Source: Betaproteobacteria bacterium (GTDB lineage: Bacteria; Bacillota; SHA-98; UBA4971). Taken from it: a stretch of 64,000 nt of DNA. Positions 61,737-64,000 of the stretch are shown here, piece by piece (position 1 is the stretch's first letter; each line of letters opens with the position of its first letter). Both the position numbers and the translations under genes were made by a program. The DNA is taken from NCBI GenBank assembly GCA_050260395.1, contig JBLNCC010000076.1:26605-90604 (forward strand). The letters are read 5' to 3'. The notes under the pieces were generated by a model. The model saw nothing but the letters and a program-made list of their open reading frames with translations. It did not search any database and was not told the origin of the DNA.

Positions 61737-62990
61737 TCACTCGCTGCCGCCCTTGTTGAGCTCCGCCGTGAGCGCGGGCACCACCTCGAAGAGGTCTCCC
61801 ACGATACCGTAAGTCGCCACATTGAATATGGGTGCGGACGGGTCCTTGTTGATGGCCACGATGATATCGGAGGACCCCATGCCGGCTAAATGCTGGATCG
61901 CACCGGAGATGCCACACGCGATGTATAGCTTCGGGCACACGGTCTTGCCGGTCTGCCCGACCTGGTGCGCGTATGGTATCCACCCGGCGTCCACCGCGGC
62001 GCGGGACGCCCCTACGGCGGCGCCAAGGACGCGCGCTAGGTCCTCGATGAGCTTGAAGTTCTCCGCCTTTCCGAGACCACGGCCCCCGGAGACGATGATG
62101 TCGGCCTCGGCGAGGTTCACCATCTGCTGGGTTTCCTCGACCACCTTGACCAGCCTCGCCTTGGGCGACAGGATCTCCTTGACCAGCTTGATGATGTCGC
62201 CGCGCCTGGCGTTGTCGCGTGCCGCGCGTTTCATCACCTTGTGCCTCACTGTCGCCATCTGCGGGCGGCTGTCCGGACAGATGATGGTGGCCATGATGTT
62301 CCCACCGAAGGCGGGACGCGTCTGAAGGAGCAAGCGCCTCTCCTTATCGATGGAAAGCCCCGTGCAGTCGGCGGTGAGACCGGTCCTGAGCCTTGCCGCC
62401 ACCCTTGGGCCTAGCGACCTCCCTATGGTAGTCGCGCCAAGGAGGAAGATGGATGGCCTGTACTCCTTGACGAGCTCGGCTATGACCTGCGCGTAAGGTT
62501 CATCCTGGAAATCGGCGAGGGCCGGGTCGTCGACCACGTACACCTTCTCCGCTCCGTGCGTGATCAGATCATTTGCGGCCTCGTCCACGTCGTGGCCGAG
62601 GAGCACCGCACAAAGCTCCTCGCCCAGATCGTCGGCGAGCTTTCGGCCTTCGCCAAGGAGCTCGTACACGACGCTCGAAGGCTTTCCCTTGCGCTGCTCC
62701 GCGAACACCCAAACGCCGCGCCACTTGTCGCAGCTATCGCCAAACTCTTCACCGCTGGCGGGCCGTGCCGCCCGGCTGTCCCTCTGCCCGGCGGCATCGG
62801 GCCGGGTGCCGGGGCTCATCTCATCGATCTCGATGGCCTCGGCCGGGCACGCCCCGGCGCACGCCCCGCACTGGATGCAGTTCTCGAGCATGACAGCAAC
62901 GCCGTCCTGCACCGCAATGGCCCCGTACGGGCACGAGGCGACGCACGCCTCGCATCCCGTGCATCTATCTGAAACAACACGAACAGCCAC
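61737..62990 (-). CDS. etfA: Electron transfer flavoprotein alpha subunit with N-terminal 2x[4Fe-4S] ferredoxin domain
   Basis: CTGCEACVASCPYGAI and CIQCGACAGACPAEAI, then the EtfA body with the FAD site IACGISGAIQHLAGM. GTG 62990 follows GGAGAGGAG; the track start is 63020. Confidence 0.9.
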   Translation of the reverse strand: MAVRVVSDRCTGCEACVASCPYGAIAVQDGVAVMLENCIQCGACAGACPAEAIEIDEMSPGTRPDAAGQRDSRAARPASGEEFGDSCDKWRGVWVFAEQRKGKPSSVVYELLGEGRKLADDLGEELCAVLLGHDVDEAANDLITHGAEKVYVVDDPALADFQDEPYAQVIAELVKEYRPSIFLLGATTIGRSLGPRVAARLRTGLTADCTGLSIDKERRLLLQTRPAFGGNIMATIICPDSRPQMATVRHKVMKRAARDNARRGDIIKLVKEILSPKARLVKVVEETQQMVNLAEADIIVSGGRGLGKAENFKLIEDLARVLGAAVGASRAAVDAGWIPYAHQVGQTGKTVCPKLYIACGISGAIQHLAGMGSSDIIVAINKDPSAPIFNVATYGIVGDLFEVVPALTAELNKGGSE

Positions 62991-63083
62991 TTCCACCGCT
63001 CCTCTCCAAACGCGCGTCAAAGAGCCGGTATGGGCTCCGGTACGGGCTCAGGCAACAACCACAAAACTACGCAGCGTGTACAT

Positions 63084-63112
63084 ATATACATACACAGTGT
63101 GAGCTGGCCAAG
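63084..63112 (-). promoter_or_regulatory. Candidate internal sigma-A-type promoter in the etfB-etfA spacer
   Basis: Read on the minus strand: TTGGCC (63112..63107), a 17-nt spacer, then TATATA (63089..63084), inside an AT-rich alternating purine-pyrimidine tract. Confidence 0.3.
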
Positions 63113-63203
63113 CGTGGCCAGGGCTAGGGCCACACCCCCCCCAGCCACCCGCGGCATGGCGCCGCGACGCGCCGCAGGCCGCCGCCACTCGCGGACCGCG
63201 TCA

Positions 63204-64000
63204 TTACACCAGGTGGGTTTCCTTCAGCTTCGCCACGAGGTTTCTCACTTTCTCCTGGACCGTTGCACCCTCGATTATCTCGCCCCGGCGTCTTTGCTCG
63301 GGCGTGAAAACCCGGATGACGCGCGTAGGTGAGCCCACAAGGCCCACGCGGCCTGGGTCGACGCCGAGGTCCGCCGCGGTCCAGGTCGTGATGGCCGCCT
63401 TCTTCGCCCTGAGCATGCCCCTTATCGAGGGCATCCTGGGCTCATTTATCTCCTTGACCACGGTGATGAGCGCCGGGAGGGGCGACTCGATGACCTCGTA
63501 GCCTTCCTCCGTCATGCGTTGGACCCGGATGAAGCCCCGGGCGCCGTCGGAGCCGCAAGGACCGGGGCAAAGCTCCTCGATCTTGCGGACGTACGTCACG
63601 TGGGGGAGGTCCAGGTTTTCCGCGACCTCCGGGCCGACCTGGGCGGTGTCGCCGTCGGCGGCCTGCTTGCCGCATATGACGAGGTCGAACCCGCCCAGCT
63701 TCTCGATGGCCTTCGCCAGAGTGTAGGACGTGGCCAGGGTGTCTGCCCCGGCGAACGCCCGGTCCGTGAGGAGCACGGCCTCGTCCGCGCCGAGGGCGAG
63801 CCCCTCTCGCAGCGCTTGTTCGGCCTGCGGCGGGCCCATGGTGATGACGGTGACCTTGCCGCCGTGCTTCTCTCGGATTCGTAGCGCTTCTTCAATGGCA
63901 TACATGTCGAACGGGTTGATGATGGAGGCTACGCCCTCGCGCATCAGGGTGTTGGTTTCCCGGTTTATCTTCACGTCGGTGGTCTCGGGGACTTGCTTGA
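63204..64000 (-). CDS. etfB: Electron transfer flavoprotein beta subunit (N-terminus outside the window)
   Basis: The frame stays open to base 64000 (...KQVPETTDVKINRETNTLMREGV...), so the track Met at 63974 is internal. Motifs include VITMGPPQAEQALREGLALGADEAVLL and DLVICGKQAADGDTAQVGP. Confidence 0.92.
   Translation of the reverse strand, partial: KQVPETTDVKINRETNTLMREGVASIINPFDMYAIEEALRIREKHGGKVTVITMGPPQAEQALREGLALGADEAVLLTDRAFAGADTLATSYTLAKAIEKLGGFDLVICGKQAADGDTAQVGPEVAENLDLPHVTYVRKIEELCPGPCGSDGARGFIRVQRMTEEGYEVIESPLPALITVVKEINEPRMPSIRGMLRAKKAAITTWTAADLGVDPGRVGLVGSPTRVIRVFTPEQRRRGEIIEGATVQEKVRNLVAKLKETHLV

Noticed and set aside
63075-63102. The AT-rich tract as a dif (XerCD) site.
   Set aside because: By hand alignment to the dif consensus (..ATAAT.TA.ATTATGT.AA.T) only scattered positions match, and the TTATGT-AA arm is missing. 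The location inside an etf operon is also atypical.
1-64000. CRISPR arrays, IS elements or transposases, integrases, prophage genes, toxin-antitoxin pairs or known defence systems.
   Set aside because: I saw no regularly spaced repeats longer than the short duplications listed, and no translation with transposase, integrase, nuclease-helicase, Cas, or Abi/CBASS/retron-like motifs. The window reads as core genome.

Overview
This is a GC-rich chromosomal segment. GC content was not computed, but almost every real gene is shadowed by long stop-free antisense ORFs. The gene content points to a spore-forming, flagellated Firmicute. A Symbiobacterium- or Limnochordia-like lineage is my guess only. 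All calls were made by eye from the translations and the DNA; no searches were run.

Content from left to right:
- A partial PHP-family histidinol phosphatase.
- Two tandem alpha/beta-type SASP genes with unusually long tails.
- A zinc-ribbon gene followed by a CoA-disulfide reductase-rhodanese gene.
- A minus-strand sugar ABC operon ending in a TreT-like trehalose synthase.
- An amidase-domain protein, a half-size EamA transporter and an untracked 52-aa HTH gene.
- glnR-glnA with a perfect GlnR/TnrA box.
- An RDD protein and a DD-carboxypeptidase.
- The conserved ispE...spoVG...glmU-prs-ctc-pth block, interrupted by tRNA-Gln, cca, an L,D-transpeptidase and an orphan AbrB-like gene.
- A YlbF-like gene and an SspF-like SASP.
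- A 26-kb run of 28 flagellar genes (flgB to sigD, no che genes, with a PilZ brake), followed by two uncharacterised genes.
- A minus-strand peptide ABC operon with a hydantoin-type racemase.
- etfB-etfA, where EtfA carries a fused ferredoxin domain.

I see no CRISPR array, no mobile-element genes and no recognisable defence island. This is mostly core genome.

The observations most worth a second look:
- A nested direct-repeat and palindrome array with Spo0A-box cores upstream of flgB.
- A dispersed palindromic GC-rich element present twice in the window.
- A FliK about twice the usual length, plus other low-complexity expansions in flagellar proteins.
- The uncharacterised gene pair after sigD.
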